A stretch of DNA of 64,000 nucleotides. It comes from Octopus vulgaris (Eukaryota). Under the pieces are notes generated by a model, which worked only from the letters and a program-made list of their open reading frames with translations, was not told the DNA's origin and made no database searches. The translations under genes and the position numbers were made by a program. Positions 1 to 18,199 of the stretch are shown here, in pieces (within the stretch, counting starts at the first letter, position 1; every line of letters begins with the position of its first letter). The stretch spans positions 24,180,001-24,244,000 of the forward strand of contig OX597824.1 in NCBI GenBank assembly GCA_951406725.2, given 5' to 3'.

Positions 1-204
1 TGTTTTTTTGCCAGGCTGCTAATTTACGGGATCGTAAACAAACCGACACCAGTTGTCAAGTGGTATGTGTGTAGGGTAGGGTGGTAGATGCACAAACGTA
101 AACGCACACATGTGTACCTATACACACGAAAGCCTCCAGGCAGTTTCCGTCGAGCAAATCCACTCACAAGGCATTGGTCGGTCCGGGACTATATATATAT
201 ATAT

Positions 205-630
205 ATTTCTTTACTACCCACAAGGGGCTAAACACAGAGGGGACAAACAAGGACAGACAAAGGGATTAAGTCAATTACATCGACCCCAGTGCGAAACTGG
301 TACTTAATTTATCGACCCCGAAAGGATGAAAGGCAAAGTCGACCTCGGCGGAATTTGAACCCAGAACACGTAACGGCAGACGAAATACGGCTACGCATTT
401 CGCCCGGCGTGCTAACGATTCTTATTTCTTTATTGCTCACAAGGGCTAAACATATAGGGGACAAACAAGGACAGACAAAAGGATTAAGTCGATTAGATCG
501 ACCCCAGTGCGTAACTGGTCCTTAATTTATCGACCCCGAAAGGATGAAAGGCAAAGTCGACCTCGGCGACAGACGAAATACGGCTACGCATTTCGCCCGG
601 CGTGCTAACGATTCTGCCATCTCGCTGCCT
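205..630 (-). mobile_element. SINE family B (tRNA-like head GGCGAGCTGGCAGAA), tandem dimer inserted into a family A SINE
   Basis: Two units of head/core/tail. Flanked by the duplication TCCGGGACTATATATA (182-197 and 634-649), which splits a family A SINE (pieces at 1-190 and 634-740). Confidence 0.8.
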
Positions 631-975
631 TCATCCGGGACTATATATAGTAAACGACTCCTGCCCAAGATACCGCGTAAGTGGAACTGAAACCGAAACC
701 ACATGGTTGCAAAGCGAGCCCCTTAACCACACAGCCATGACCTTTCATTTCGTTCTTTTCTTTTATTTCGTTATTTTTATGTATTTTATTTTATTTTATG
801 CCTTTAGTGCACTTTTATCATGCGGTACTTGAACCAAATTCTCGATAAGTTCGCTGCGTTAAATCTGCAAGAATCGCCATTCCAGATTAAAGAGGAGATT
901 GTCCGCATCTTTTTAAAGCAGTTATACAAAAGATGATGAGGACATGATTAGTTTTATTTTAAACAATGGCTGTGT

Positions 976-1098
976 GGAAGGTGTTTATAGGCCATTTAAG
1001 AAACACACAAAAACCGTTAGATTCACTTCAACATTTAAATTTAATTTGACAAAATATTTTCGTCGCTTTGAGACCGCGACATGTTCACTGACAAAATT
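976..1098 (-). repeat. Dispersed repeat carrying a hammerhead-like fold (second copy 56031-56163)
   Basis: Clear similarity to 56031-56163. Minus strand reads TTTGTCA-GTGAACA-T-GTCGC...GCGAC-GAA-AATATT-T. Confidence 0.6.
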
Positions 1099-1146
1099 CC
1101 GCAATAAATAGGTATAAAATAACACGAAGACCCGGTACGGCTGCTA

Positions 1147-1222
<76 letters not shown>

Positions 1223-1239
1223 CGTGTGTGCGTGTGTGA

Positions 1240-1529
1240 AAGACCGTGACCTGGTGGTTAGAGTATTGCACTAACGATCGCTATATCATGGGTTAGATCT
1301 CCAGAACGGGCGGCACGTTGTGTTCTTCAGCAAAACACTTCGTTTCCCGTACGTACGTCCAGTCCACTAGGCTGTAAATGCGTAACCCTGTGACGTAATA
1401 GTCTTCCCATCAGGGGAAAGTTGGCCTGTTCGCCTAACCAGTGGGATGGCGTCGTTCGAAAGCTGAAACAATGCAAAGTACATTGTGACCAGTGATATAC
1501 AGCAACATCCAATAGTCTGGCCGATACCG

Positions 1530-1530
<1 letters not shown>
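1240..1530 (+). mobile_element. SINE family C (degenerate tRNA-like head)
   Basis: A/B-box-like head (GGTGGTTAGAGT...GGTTAGATCTCC). Similar to 12195-12495 and to a partial copy near 34255-34375. Confidence 0.6.
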
Positions 1531-1569
<39 letters not shown>

Positions 1570-1637
1570 GTGTGTATATGTGTATATGTATACATATATA
1601 TATATACATACATAATACATACATACATATATATATG

Positions 1638-1682
<45 letters not shown>

Positions 1683-2017
1683 CAATTCCAGATCATCAGC
1701 GTCAGTCGGGCTCATGATAGATTTCGCATAAGACACATGCCTACTCGAAGAATTTTACGTTTTTCCGCAATATTTCTAGTCCCAAATGGCTTATTTTTTT
1801 TTATATCTAGCACTATGTCTTTTCCCATTTCTAAGTTAAGTGTTAAAATAAGGCAACCCTTCAAAACACAACTGATCTTTACACACAGACGCACAGAATA
1901 ACAGCAATCAAATAACGAGAGCGGGAATGCCCAAGAAACATCAGCGATCTGACCGTCGCCTGTACTCTTGACAAGAGATGCCAGTTAGTTTTTTTACGCC
2001 TACAAGGCTCGTTCGTA

Positions 2018-2430
2018 TTAGCCCGAGTTGCTGAATAATTTTTCGTTCCTTTAAGAATATTGTAAAACGGAAACTTTTCATAGATTGGTATTTAAATTCT
2101 AATCTCTATAGAAATTTATTTGTTTCAAGAAAACATTGAATTTGAATTACGTTTGATTTTTACGATTATAGATAACAGCTCGGGCTGTAACTTCTGAGCC
2201 CGAGTCAGGTACGTGTCAACGACGTCATGAGAACGTCCGCTACGAATGATATTTTTGACATAGGGCACCGCTAAGACGACCGCTAGACTTTGAACGAGAA
2301 TAAATGAACTGCGATCAGGCTCAATAAAATGAACCCGTGTTATTGGATGCAATTACAAACTTGAAGTCAGGCAGAAATTAAATTAGCTTGCAAATACACG
2401 TTCACTTTACTAAATTTATACTCGGGCTAA
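2018..2430. mobile_element. Possible MITE
   Basis: 11-bp inverted repeats TTAGCCCGAGT / ACTCGGGCTAA, with an internal palindrome of the same motif near 2178-2203. Single copy in the window. Confidence 0.3.
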
Positions 2431-2482
2431 GCTATGAAATAGAAACTCTGAAACAAGCATTATCCTTACCACGAAAGAAACC

Positions 2483-2916
2483 TTACTCTTTACTCTTTTA
2501 CTTGTTTCAGTCATTAGACTGTGGCCATGCTGGAGCACCGCCTTTAGTCGAGCAAATCGACCCCAGGGCTTATTCTTTGTAAGCCTAGTACTTATTCCAT
2601 CGGTCTCATTTGCTGAACTGCTAAGCTACGGGGTACATAAACACACCAGCATCGGTTGTCAAGCGATATTGGGGGGACAAACACAGACACACACACAAAC
2701 ATACACACACACACACACACACATACATACACACACACACACATACATACATACGACAGGCTTCTTTCAGTTTCCGTCTACCAAATCCACTCACAAGGCT
2801 TTGGTCGGCCCGAGGCTATAGTAGAAGACACTTGCCCAAGGTGCCACGCAGTGGGACTGAACCCGGAACCATGTGATTGGTAAGCAAGCTACTTACCACA
2901 CAGCCACTCCTGCGCC
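2483..2916 (-). mobile_element. SINE family A, full length
   Basis: Head GGCGCAGGAGTGGCTGTGTGGTAAGTAGCTTGC...GGTTCAGTCCC, central (CA)n, tail GGCGGTGCTCCAGCATGGCC..CTGAAACAAGTAAAAGAG. More than 10 copies in the window. Confidence 0.9.
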
Positions 2917-3699
2917 TTGATCATAGTTCTACTTGATCATGTCTTACCTAGGGCTAAAAGGCAACTGCACTGAAAGGACACTTTAGGTAATACACTCCTT
3001 GATGCTCTATGTCTTCAACAAAGCTCTGGGGTGATCACAAATGGAATCCTTTTCATTGTAGTTCTTCTTGATCATTGACTGACCCAGGGCTTAATGACAA
3101 CTGCACACTGAAAGAACACATAGATAATATATTCCTTGATGTACAATGTTTGTAAAAGAAAGTTTAGAGATAGTTGACACAAAAGGAAAATCCTTCATCA
3201 TAAGCAGTGCTGGATCACAGCAAATAGTATCAACGACCACAGCAACAACAACAACAACGGCATTATTAGCAGCAGTGGCTATGTAGAACAATTGCGTAAA
3301 ATCAACACTTCCCACACCAATTCCACCGTTTTGTCTTGGACTGTCGCATCAAAGGGTTAGCCAATACTTCATCCGTTCTCATTCGTCCCAAGATTAACTG
3401 CTGCGTTTACTGATCTTGCAACTCTCTCTCAGTTAATACCAATTTAGGTCGCCAATAGATGTTTTTCTCATCTTGAACTGTGGTGGAGATCTCTCTCTGC
3501 CGAAATGAACGTATGGAAACGATTACAGTCTGGGAAGAATTGAAATGAGGATGGGGAAGGGGGAGGGGGTTAGGTGAAGGCGCGGGGGGGGGGAAGCAGG
3601 AGGGAAGGACGGAGAATATAGCAACACAGCAATATTTCCTCAGAACTATAATGACGATTCAACAGTGACAAGTCGCGATATCTCGATCGCTCGATCTCC

Positions 3700-8225
<4,526 letters not shown>

Positions 8226-8254
8226 CTATATGCGAATTCTTCAAAACTCTTAAT

Positions 8255-8730
8255 GATCTCTACAACGGTCGATGCCCGTTTCAAAGGAGTAAATTTCATT
8301 GGTGCCACCTTGCATTTAGATAAATCTATTTATGGTTCCTATAAAAATCAGAAAGTAAAGCTGTAATACATTCATAAATCTTCAGAGCCTCCTAAAAGCA
8401 TTAGTAAGAACTTCAGCAAAAATATTTGTTTACGACTGTTTTCCTTATCTTCTAACGGACAAGAATTTAACGAGTTATCAGAATATTGCGATGAAGCACT
8501 TAGAAGAAATACCTTTTCTCAAGAAGTCGTATATAACCCGAAAATAAGTACACCATCCTCTAAACATAGAAAGCAACATGTTGATTGGTATAATCCACCG
8601 TTTAAACTTTAAGTTATGACCCCTTTAACTAAATTCTCCAAAGTCTCACACAAAACAGTGACGAACCATATATACCATACAATTCTGAAGCAAATAAATA
8701 CAAACATTTCCTATTCTACCACCTATGTTT
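8255..8730 (+). pseudogene. Penelope-like element RT C-terminal remnant
   Basis: Translates across stops and shifts to VNFIGATLHLDKSIYGSYK...YIHKSSEPP and later RKQHVDWYNPPF. This resembles the PLE VNFLDVT..Y.PY.K..YIH..S.HP and WFNPPF motifs. Confidence 0.55.
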
Positions 8731-9587
8731 CGCCTAATTTATTAACATGGTTAACCTCACAAAATGTAATCCCCAAATGATGGCTAAATCGCTCCAAAGT
8801 ATATCACTCCATTGCGAACGTATGTCCAGTTTAAGGAAACCGCTTCTTTTAATGCGCTTCCTTCGAAACAATTTTCACTTCCCTTATTAACTGCAAACCT
8901 CTTCAACGAAAGAAAAAATGATTTAATCAACGCTCGAATATATTTCATAATCCCCAAAAATTCGTTGCTTTATTTTTGTCTCATGTGTAGTATTTAAGGT
9001 CTTCTAATGCGCTTTTCAAAATCAACTGAAAATTTCTATCACATGCTAAGTGAGTAGTTAGATGCCTACGAAATCCTCGTCTTCCACTCTAAAACTCTTC
9101 CCCAAACCATTCTATCGAAACTCCGTTTACACATTAAATACTCGCAATAATTCTCTTTCTGCAGACATCAGGCTGAAATGTCAAAACCCTGGAGCAAGGT
9201 GTCAGACTTGCTGCCACATATATTGCCTTCCAGCAGCAACTCTCGTCAACCAATATTAGACTACAGCCTCCAGCGTCTTCACACACCTGTCTGAATTGAG
9301 CCGAAGGCCCTGTTCATCAATTGTTTAATGAATCCCGGCGTACGGACACAGTCAGAGCACCTGTTGTATCTCTTTTTGCTGTCCACGGGTTCTTAGTCTC
9401 CGTTGCGGCTGTCCGTCTCACGTCTTACAAACTCTACAGTATTCACAAAGCATTGAGTAAAATGGCACGATGTCGGTATTTAGATACCCGGAGTGAATTA
9501 TCAGAATACAGGTGACGACTCTTTGCCAATGTTCAGATGGCTTCCAGCCTCCCATGCTAGCTAACTTTTTCTCAAGTACAACTTTAA

Positions 9588-9808
9588 CCCTTTAGCATTT
9601 AAACCAGCCGTATCCGGCCAAAAGTATTCTGCCTGTTCTATGTTCAAACTGGCCAGATCTGGTCTCTCGCACCAACCCTACAATATCGTTTTAAAAATTA
9701 ACAGCTACCTCATCAAAATTGCATAGCTCCAAGATAATGCCTGATTAGTTCAAGGTAATGTTGATAAAAAAGGATTAATTTTGGCAGAATACTACGAACA
9801 CTAAAGGG
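9588..9808. mobile_element. piggyBac-type MITE
   Basis: TTAA TSD (9584-9587, 9809-9812) and TIR CCCTTTAG / CTAAAGGG. Confidence 0.75.
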
Positions 9809-10119
9809 TTAATCTTTATGCTCTCCAACGACGTTGACTGTTCATTAGTACATCAAGTTGTTCCTGAAAAAAAGACATAAAACTTCGTCAGATTTAACAC
9901 ATGTCCGATTGCGAATTTCATATATTTTAGACTCGTTATTCTGTGTTGTACTTCATTCTTGTAAAGTGGAAAGTATTTGTGGATCCATAGCTTATGGGAA
10001 TCACTTATTTTGGTATTGTCTGTTTCTCTGCGTAGGTAATTAGACTTGGACAAAGCTTAGATATTGGTGTCGCAGAACTTTCGAGTCAAGTATAATAAAT
10101 TTTGGGGTAAGGGGTAAGA

Positions 10120-10250
10120 TTATTGCATCGATCCCAGTGCGTAACTGGTACTTATTTTATCGACCCCCGAAAGGATGAAAAGCAAAGTCGACGGCGGCGG
10201 AATTTGAACTCAGAACACGAAGACGGACGAAATGCCGCTTAGCAATTTTC
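10120..10250 (-). mobile_element. SINE family B fragment
   Basis: Core CCCAGTGCGTAACTGGTACTTA..CGACCCCCGAAAGGATGAAA..GAATTTGAACTCAGAAC. Confidence 0.7.
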
Positions 10251-10284
10251 CCAGTGTCAACGAACCTACGACCTCACCAACCTT

Positions 10285-10297
10285 TATATATATATAC

Positions 10298-10348
<51 letters not shown>

Positions 10349-10349
10349 C

Positions 10350-10384
<35 letters not shown>

Positions 10385-10401
10385 CATACATACATACATA
10401 C

Positions 10402-10432
<31 letters not shown>

Positions 10433-10563
10433 CATACATACATATATATATATATATACATACATACATACATATATATACATACATACATACATACATA
10501 TATATATATACATACATACATACATATATATATATACATACATACATACATATATATATATAC

Positions 10564-10629
<66 letters not shown>

Positions 10630-10640
10630 GCGTGTGTGTG
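10285..10640. repeat. (AT)n/(TACA)n microsatellite
   Basis: Directly visible. Confidence 0.95.
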
Positions 10641-11406
10641 TGTATAAAAATAGGTGTATATATAAATTTAGATATAGATAGATAGACACATGGAATGTAT
10701 TTGATTTATGTACACTTCTAGTTTTGCATATATGAATGATCCCCTCAGCACACACGTAAAAGTGTGTGTGTGTGTTTGTGCATATATGTGTGTATGCATG
10801 TATGTACGTGCCTGTATATATGCGTGTGTATGTATGAGTCTGTGATATTTCTATTTTCACTATCAATTTATCATTTATTTATCGCAAACATTTCTTTTTT
10901 TTTTTTTTTTTGTCATAGTCTTCTTTCCTTTATCTTTTTTCTTTCAAATATTTCTCTGTCCTGCTATTTAAATATCCAACTACGCCCCCCAGTCAACATC
11001 ATTTCTCACTTTTTAACATATAATTACTTTCGTTCTTTTTAACATTTTAATATATTTTAACCTCTAAATTTTATTCCTAATCTTTTTTGTTTTCAAAAAA
11101 AAAAATACATTTCTATATTCCTTATATACCGTCTCATTATAACCTATTATTTCAACAATATATCTTTTATGTCTCATGTAAACCATTTCTTCAAGCTTGC
11201 TCGGAATAAACTTAGACATTTACACGCCTTCAAGTACTCGTTATTGGTTGGCTAAATCTAACTTACTTCAACCGATCATAAACTCCTGTATTCGATTTTT
11301 ATGTTTGAATATCTCTTATTTCCATATATCTAGATTTTTTTTTATTTAATTAATAACTATTTTTCATCCCGTCTTTATTATTATAATTTCCTAACTTTAT
11401 CAACAT

Positions 11407-11407
<1 letters not shown>

Positions 11408-11443
<36 letters not shown>

Positions 11444-11487
11444 TGTATGTATGTATGTATGTATGTATGTATGTATGTATGTATGTA

Positions 11488-11519
<32 letters not shown>

Positions 11520-11564
11520 CATATATATATATGTATATATATCTATAAATATATATATACATAC

Positions 11565-11595
<31 letters not shown>

Positions 11596-11726
11596 CATAC
11601 ATATATAAATATATATAGATATACATATATATATACACATATATATATACACACACATATATATATATATATACACATACATATATATACACATACATAT
11701 ATATATATAGACATACATATATATAC

Positions 11727-11757
<31 letters not shown>

Positions 11758-11814
11758 TATATATATAGACACATATACATATATATATACATATATACAC
11801 ACACACATATATAT

Positions 11815-11853
<39 letters not shown>

Positions 11854-11860
11854 TATATAA

Positions 11861-11909
<49 letters not shown>

Positions 11910-11915
11910 CGTATA
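11408..11915. repeat. (TATG)n/(AT)n/(AC)n microsatellite
   Basis: Directly visible. Confidence 0.95.
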
Positions 11916-12194
11916 TATTTCTTCTTTCACACATCTAACATTATATAGACATTTGATTATATATACATTTGATCAGATATACATATGATACCGTTTTTTT
12001 GTCCTTTTTACTATATTTTATGATTGCCATTGTTTTAGTTTCCAGTAAACCTTTTTTCTGTATGACATTATAGGTGTATCAGCCTCATACTATATTATCT
12101 TCTTAGTTTACAATAAGTAAAAGTATAACTATTAGGCTATCGGATAAATTCATTCGTCTGTGTGTGTATGTGTGGATGTGTGTATGCATATGAA

Positions 12195-12495
12195 GTCACG
12201 TGACCTGATGGTTAGTGTGTTGCGCTCACGATTGCTCGATCGCGGCTTCGATTCCTGGCCTGGGTGGCGCTTTGTGTTCGTGAGCAAAACACTTCATTTC
12301 GGTTCGCTCCAGTCCATTTAATTGAACACATGTACACCCTCCGTTCAAGGACAATATTGACCTACCTTCTCTTCGACCCCCCCTCCCTGCCAGTAGCCAG
12401 CGGTAGGCATCATTCGAAAGCTAAAATGATCCAAGTACATTGTATGTAACGATGTATTACTTACAGCATCCAATAGTCTGGTTGATCATGTGATA
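12195..12495 (+). mobile_element. SINE family C
   Basis: Similar to 1240-1530 (TTCGAAAGCT..AAGTACATTGT..CATCCAATAGTCTGG). Confidence 0.55.
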
Positions 12496-12496
12496 T

Positions 12497-12689
12497 CTTT
12501 TACTCTTTTACTTGTTTCAGTCATTTGACTGCGGCCATGCTGGAGCACTGCCTATAGTCGAGCAAATCGACCCCGGGACTTATTCTTTGTAAGCCCAGTA
12601 CTTATTCTATCGGTCTCTTTTGCCGAACCGCTAGGTGATGGGGACGTAAACACACCAGCATCGGTTGTCAAGCAATGCTAGGGGGACAA

Positions 12690-12722
<33 letters not shown>

Positions 12723-12880
12723 CATATATACGACAGGCTTCTTTCAGTTTCCGTCCACTCACAAGGCATTGATTGGCCCGGGGCTATAGCAGAAGGCACT
12801 TGCCCAAGATACCACGCAGTGAGACTGAACCCGGAACCATGAGGTTGGTTAGCAAGCTACTTACCACACAGCCACTCCTG
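12497..12880 (-). mobile_element. SINE family A
   Basis: Near-identical to 2483-2916. Confidence 0.9.
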
Positions 12881-12967
12881 TATATATATATATATATATA
12901 TATATAATGATATATATATATATACTTGGAAGAGGATGCGTGGCGTTCAATCATACAATAATATAAA

Positions 12968-13008
<41 letters not shown>

Positions 13009-13364
13009 CATACATACATACATACATACATACACACATAATCGATTAAGGTTGTTCATCGTTTCCTCAGTCTACGAAGAAATGGCTAAAATTTGCCGTG
13101 TTTATAATTATATCATGTTACATATTTCTAACATCATACCTTCATACTGTGTGGACTAAGATCCCTGTTTGACAGGCCACTGGTATTTATAGTGTTATGC
13201 AAATTAAGGACTCCTTCATAAAGTAACTGCTGCATTTGTTGAGTATATAAACAGCTTGGCTACTTGCTTCTCTGGAGACTGTCAGAATGCTGTGGTCGCC
13301 TCTGATGAGAACCCAATAAGAATCGATTAAGGATATTCATGATTTTTTTCAGACTGTTTACAAT

Positions 13365-13406
<42 letters not shown>

Positions 13407-13408
<2 letters not shown>

Positions 13409-13619
13409 TCTTTTACTCTTTTACATGTTTCAGTCATTTGACTGCGGCCATGCTGGAGCACCGCCTTTAGTCGAGCAAATCGACCCCGGGACTTATTCTT
13501 TGTAAGCCCAGTACTTATTCTATCGGTCACTTTTTGCCGAACCGCTAAGTGACGGGGACGTAAACACACCAGCATCGGTTGTCAAGCAATGCTAGGGGGA
13601 CAAACACAGACACACAAAC

Positions 13620-13654
<35 letters not shown>

Positions 13655-13810
13655 CGACAGGCTTCTTTCAGTTTCCGTCTACCAAATCCACTCACAAGGC
13701 ATTGGTCGGCCCGGGGCTATAGCAGAAGACACTTGCCCAAGATGCCACGCAGTGGGACTGAACCCAGAACCATGTGGTTGGCTAGCAAGCTACTTACCAC
13801 ACAGCCACTC
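13407..13810 (-). mobile_element. SINE family A
   Basis: Near-identical to the other family A copies. Confidence 0.9.
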
Positions 13811-13873
13811 ATACATATATATATATATACAAATATATATATATACATATACATACGTGTGTGTATACATATA

Positions 13874-14246
13874 TACGTGGTGTGTTCAAAAAGTATCTGA
13901 TTTTATTTATTCTTGCCAAAACTAGTGCAGCGTGGGTAAAGCTCTTTGGGTAAGAGGTAACGCCTCTCTTCACATGGCGGAAAACTTCTGCGCCGATAGG
14001 CTGTTACGCCTAGAGTGCAGACGCGTTATGCGCGCTCGTCGGACTGTTTCACTGAACAGGTCAAGCAGAGATATTGCATCAAGTTTTGCCTGAAGCTTGG
14101 TGATATTCAAGCCCAAACCTTCCAGACGATTCGGCAGGTCTTTGACGATTTTACTAACAGCAAAAGTCAGTTTAAGGAGTGATACAACTGCTTCAAACAT
14201 AGCCTCACCTCAGTGGACATGGAGGCACGCTCAAGCAGGCCATCCA
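13874..14246 (+). mobile_element. mariner transposon 5' remnant
   Basis: TA followed by TIR-like CGTGGTGTGTTCAAAAAGT. Translates to EQVKQRYCIKFCLKLGDIQAQTFQTIRQVF...KE*YNCFK..TSVDMEARSSRPS, a mariner transposase N-terminal HTH with a stop. Confidence 0.75.
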
Positions 14247-14420
14247 TTAGTTAATACAAACAACACTGGAAAGGATTAAACCAAAGGAAAAACGATCACC
14301 ACCTTGAATCGACTTACTTCCTCATACAAATTTTATGGCCTTGTGCCAAAATTTGATACCAATGTGTGTGTGTGTGTACACACATACACACACATATGTA
14401 TGTTTATGTACGTGTATGTG

Positions 14421-14464
<44 letters not shown>

Positions 14465-14572
14465 AACATTTACAGGGTCTCCAAAAATTCCGTACGTAGT
14501 TTAAATTATCTCTTTATAATTACAAAGCTATAAGTATTTAAAATTTTATAGACACCCTGAAGAGGGAGAGAG

Positions 14573-14610
<38 letters not shown>

Positions 14611-15049
14611 ATATAATATTTATAAAGAAAAAGATATAGAATAATTTTGAAAACACTATCTTACTTTTCTTTCTGTATAGAAAAGAATTCCTTATTCTAC
14701 AAATATGTATCGGCAGCATTTTTCAGTTTTTGTCTGAATGCCTTTATGCATAAATCACATTAAAAAAAACTTGCTTGTTCATATGCGCAAATATAGAGAC
14801 AGTGTATTAGTGTGAGAATGGGAGAGAGTGAGACTGAGAGAGGAAGAGAGTGAGGCTGAGACATGGAGAGAGGGGGAGAGAGACAGAGAGAAACTAACGA
14901 ACACTCGGGTCGGTCAATGACTTTTAAAATACAAGAGCCACACTAATCTGGCCTTATCCTGACATTTCCTCTATACAATGTATATACTAGCATATACTAT
15001 GCACGTACATAGACACATGCATACGTATATGCGCGCAGGTGTGTGTGTG

Positions 15050-15093
<44 letters not shown>

Positions 15094-15404
15094 TAATAAA
15101 TATGTCTAGGGACAGCAGATGCACACATGTGGAGCATTACAGAAATTTAGCCTGTGGATTATGCATGCATCTGTTCATTCGGGCAAATATGTGTAAACAA
15201 ACACATGCATGCACAAATATATGCACAAATATATGCACATGTATATGCACATGTAGATATATATATATGTATAATTTTGCATATATGCACAACACAAACA
15301 CACACAACATATATACATAAATACATACATACATACATACATACATACATACATACATAGATACATACGTACATACATACGTACATACATACATACATAT
15401 ATAC

Positions 15405-16967
15405 ACGGCGGGTGCTTCTTTCAGTATCCGTCCACCAAATCTCCTCTCAAGGCTTTGGTTGGCTTGAGGCTGTAGTAGAAGGTACTTGCCGGAGGTACCA
15501 CGCAGTGGGACTGAAGTCAGAGCCATGTAGTAGGGAAGCAAGCTTCTTTATTTCTTTTGAATTACCATAAAGGCATTACACAGAGGGGGGGGGACACTAC
15601 AACAGATGTGGGGACATATAACAATTAAAAATATAAAAAAATAAGATATGATATAATTAATGACACGTGAAAATGAACATGAAAAACAAATTAAAATATG
15701 ATATTATGAATGATATCTGAAAATGATATTATGAAGAATGTACTACTCACCCCACACTGAGTAACACCACTCGCCGCCTCTGGGTCCTAAGTCCTGTTAC
15801 CCCTTCAGTCCAATCCCTTTTTCCCCTTTCTCCATCATTTAGTGACATCCTTCTCTCCGCCATATATTCGTAACCCCTTTTTCCACCGGGGAGAGGCCGT
15901 CTAAATTTTGTGGTGTTTGTTCTTTCTTTTTCTTTTTTTTTTTCTTGGGAAGAAATGGGTTGGGTGGGTTTGGTTTCTGTATGGGATGTAGTTGGATTGG
16001 GGTACCACATCATACTCAGTGTTTTTTTTTCTTTTTTCTGCTTTCTCCTTCTGCTCTCTGTGACTTTCCGTTCTTCCTTCTTTTCCTCCTTTCCTCCGCC
16101 TGTCTTTTCTTCCTCTCTTTTCACTTCCGTTTCCACAACTGTATCCTCAGCCATTGTCTTCTGTGAGGGCAGTATGCTCTAATGTGGCCCTTTTGGCTGC
16201 ATTTAAAACAACCTGGTACTCTGCCCTCTACCCACATCCTCAGCACAATTTCCCCCAACGTCACAGTCTCTGCCAAGTTCTCTAGATGACCCTCCTCCGC
16301 CTGAATAATTAGTTCAAGTGTCCTTCCTTTCCACCCTCCTTCTTCCGTTTCTGTGGCTTGGAGGACAGCCGCTTTCTCCTCACTTCCAAGCCACTTCTAT
16401 ATCCGGTGGAATTGCTTCTACTCTCACCTTGGAAATCTTCCTTCCAAGGTATGTAGGCATAAGCACTACTTCCTCTGTTTTCACCGTCAACTCGCTAGCC
16501 TCCTCTACTGTCCTAAATTGGACGACCATTTTGCCATATCTTCTTCCTTTGGTTATGTACGTTATCTCCTTTGTTCATTCCCTCAGCACCTTTTCCACTT
16601 CTGCCTCCAACTGTTCCATCTTTTTCCTTTCAGCGAGTGCACCTTATAGGTGTTCGTTTTTTTCTCCACCATTTCCACAATCACTTTGGGGAGCGACAAC
16701 TTCACGTCGCCGCCCACCTTCTGAGCCATCTTCTCGTACTCCTTCAGACCAGTCAAGTCCATCTCCCTTCGCTTCACCTCCGTGGCTTCAACACTCCGTC
16801 CATCTTTATGACCGCCCTTACCAGCTCCTCCTCATACGTCAACTCAGACCCGTCAAGGTCGGAGTACATCTTCTAAGCAAAACAAAAAACTACGTCCGAC
16901 TCTTACAAAATCCAGACAGCAAATAACTCGGAAAGCAAGCTTCTTAGCACACAGCCACGCCAGCGCC
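15405..16967 (-). mobile_element. SINE family A interrupted in its head by an ORF1-only element
   Basis: Head at 16933-16967, remainder at 15405-15548. Confidence 0.8.
15549..16932 (-). mobile_element. ORF1-only (zinc-knuckle) non-LTR retroelement, copy 1, decayed
   Basis: 13-bp TSD AAGCAAGCTTCTT (15536-15548, 16933-16945). Translation YITKGRRYGKMVVQF..VLMPTYLGRKISKVRVEAIPPDIEVAW and VEGRVPGCFKCSQKGHIRAYCP (CX2CX4HX4C). K/E-rich region, A-rich 3' end, no RT. Confidence 0.85.
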
Positions 16968-17004
16968 TATATAAATATACATATACATACATACACACAC
17001 ATAC

Positions 17005-17061
<57 letters not shown>

Positions 17062-17189
17062 ATGTTGGACCATATATATATATATGTGTGTCATGTTGGA
17101 TCATATATATATATATATATATATACGCCATGTTGGATCGTTAGCCCCTACACGCAATTTTTTTCTCTCCTTGTTTCTCTCCTTGTTTC

Positions 17190-17225
17190 TTTTCTGTCGA
17201 AGAGCGTAGGCTCGAAACGTAAAAG
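17190..17225 (+). ncRNA. Degenerate minimal hammerhead-ribozyme-like motif (Penelope-type)
   Basis: TTTT-CTGTCGA-A-GAGC(GTAG)GCTC-GAA-ACGT-A-AAAG. Core position 6 is non-canonical. Confidence 0.4.
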
Positions 17226-17320
17226 ACTTGTTTTATTTCTATTCCTGAACGCCATACTAATAAATTATTTGTTTGTACTCCACCTGCCTTCGTCTTTTGT
17301 TTATTTTCGTAAACCTTCCG

Positions 17321-18051
<731 letters not shown>

Positions 18052-18199
18052 CGTAAAATGCTCGAAATACGGATTAGTAAAAACAGCCAACAACTGATGA
18101 AGGGATTTTGGAATCGATGCGATACCGGACAAGTTACTTAATTTATAGCATTCTTGTTTGTGAGTAGAGTCGAGTTTATTTCAGATATTCTCTTTTTTA

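Noticed and set aside
2925-3140. Two degenerate ~85-bp direct repeats
   Set aside because: Old local duplication or repeat fragment with no further structure.
9130-9570. Possible decayed LINE C-terminal fragment on the minus strand
   Set aside because: No motif I can translate with confidence.
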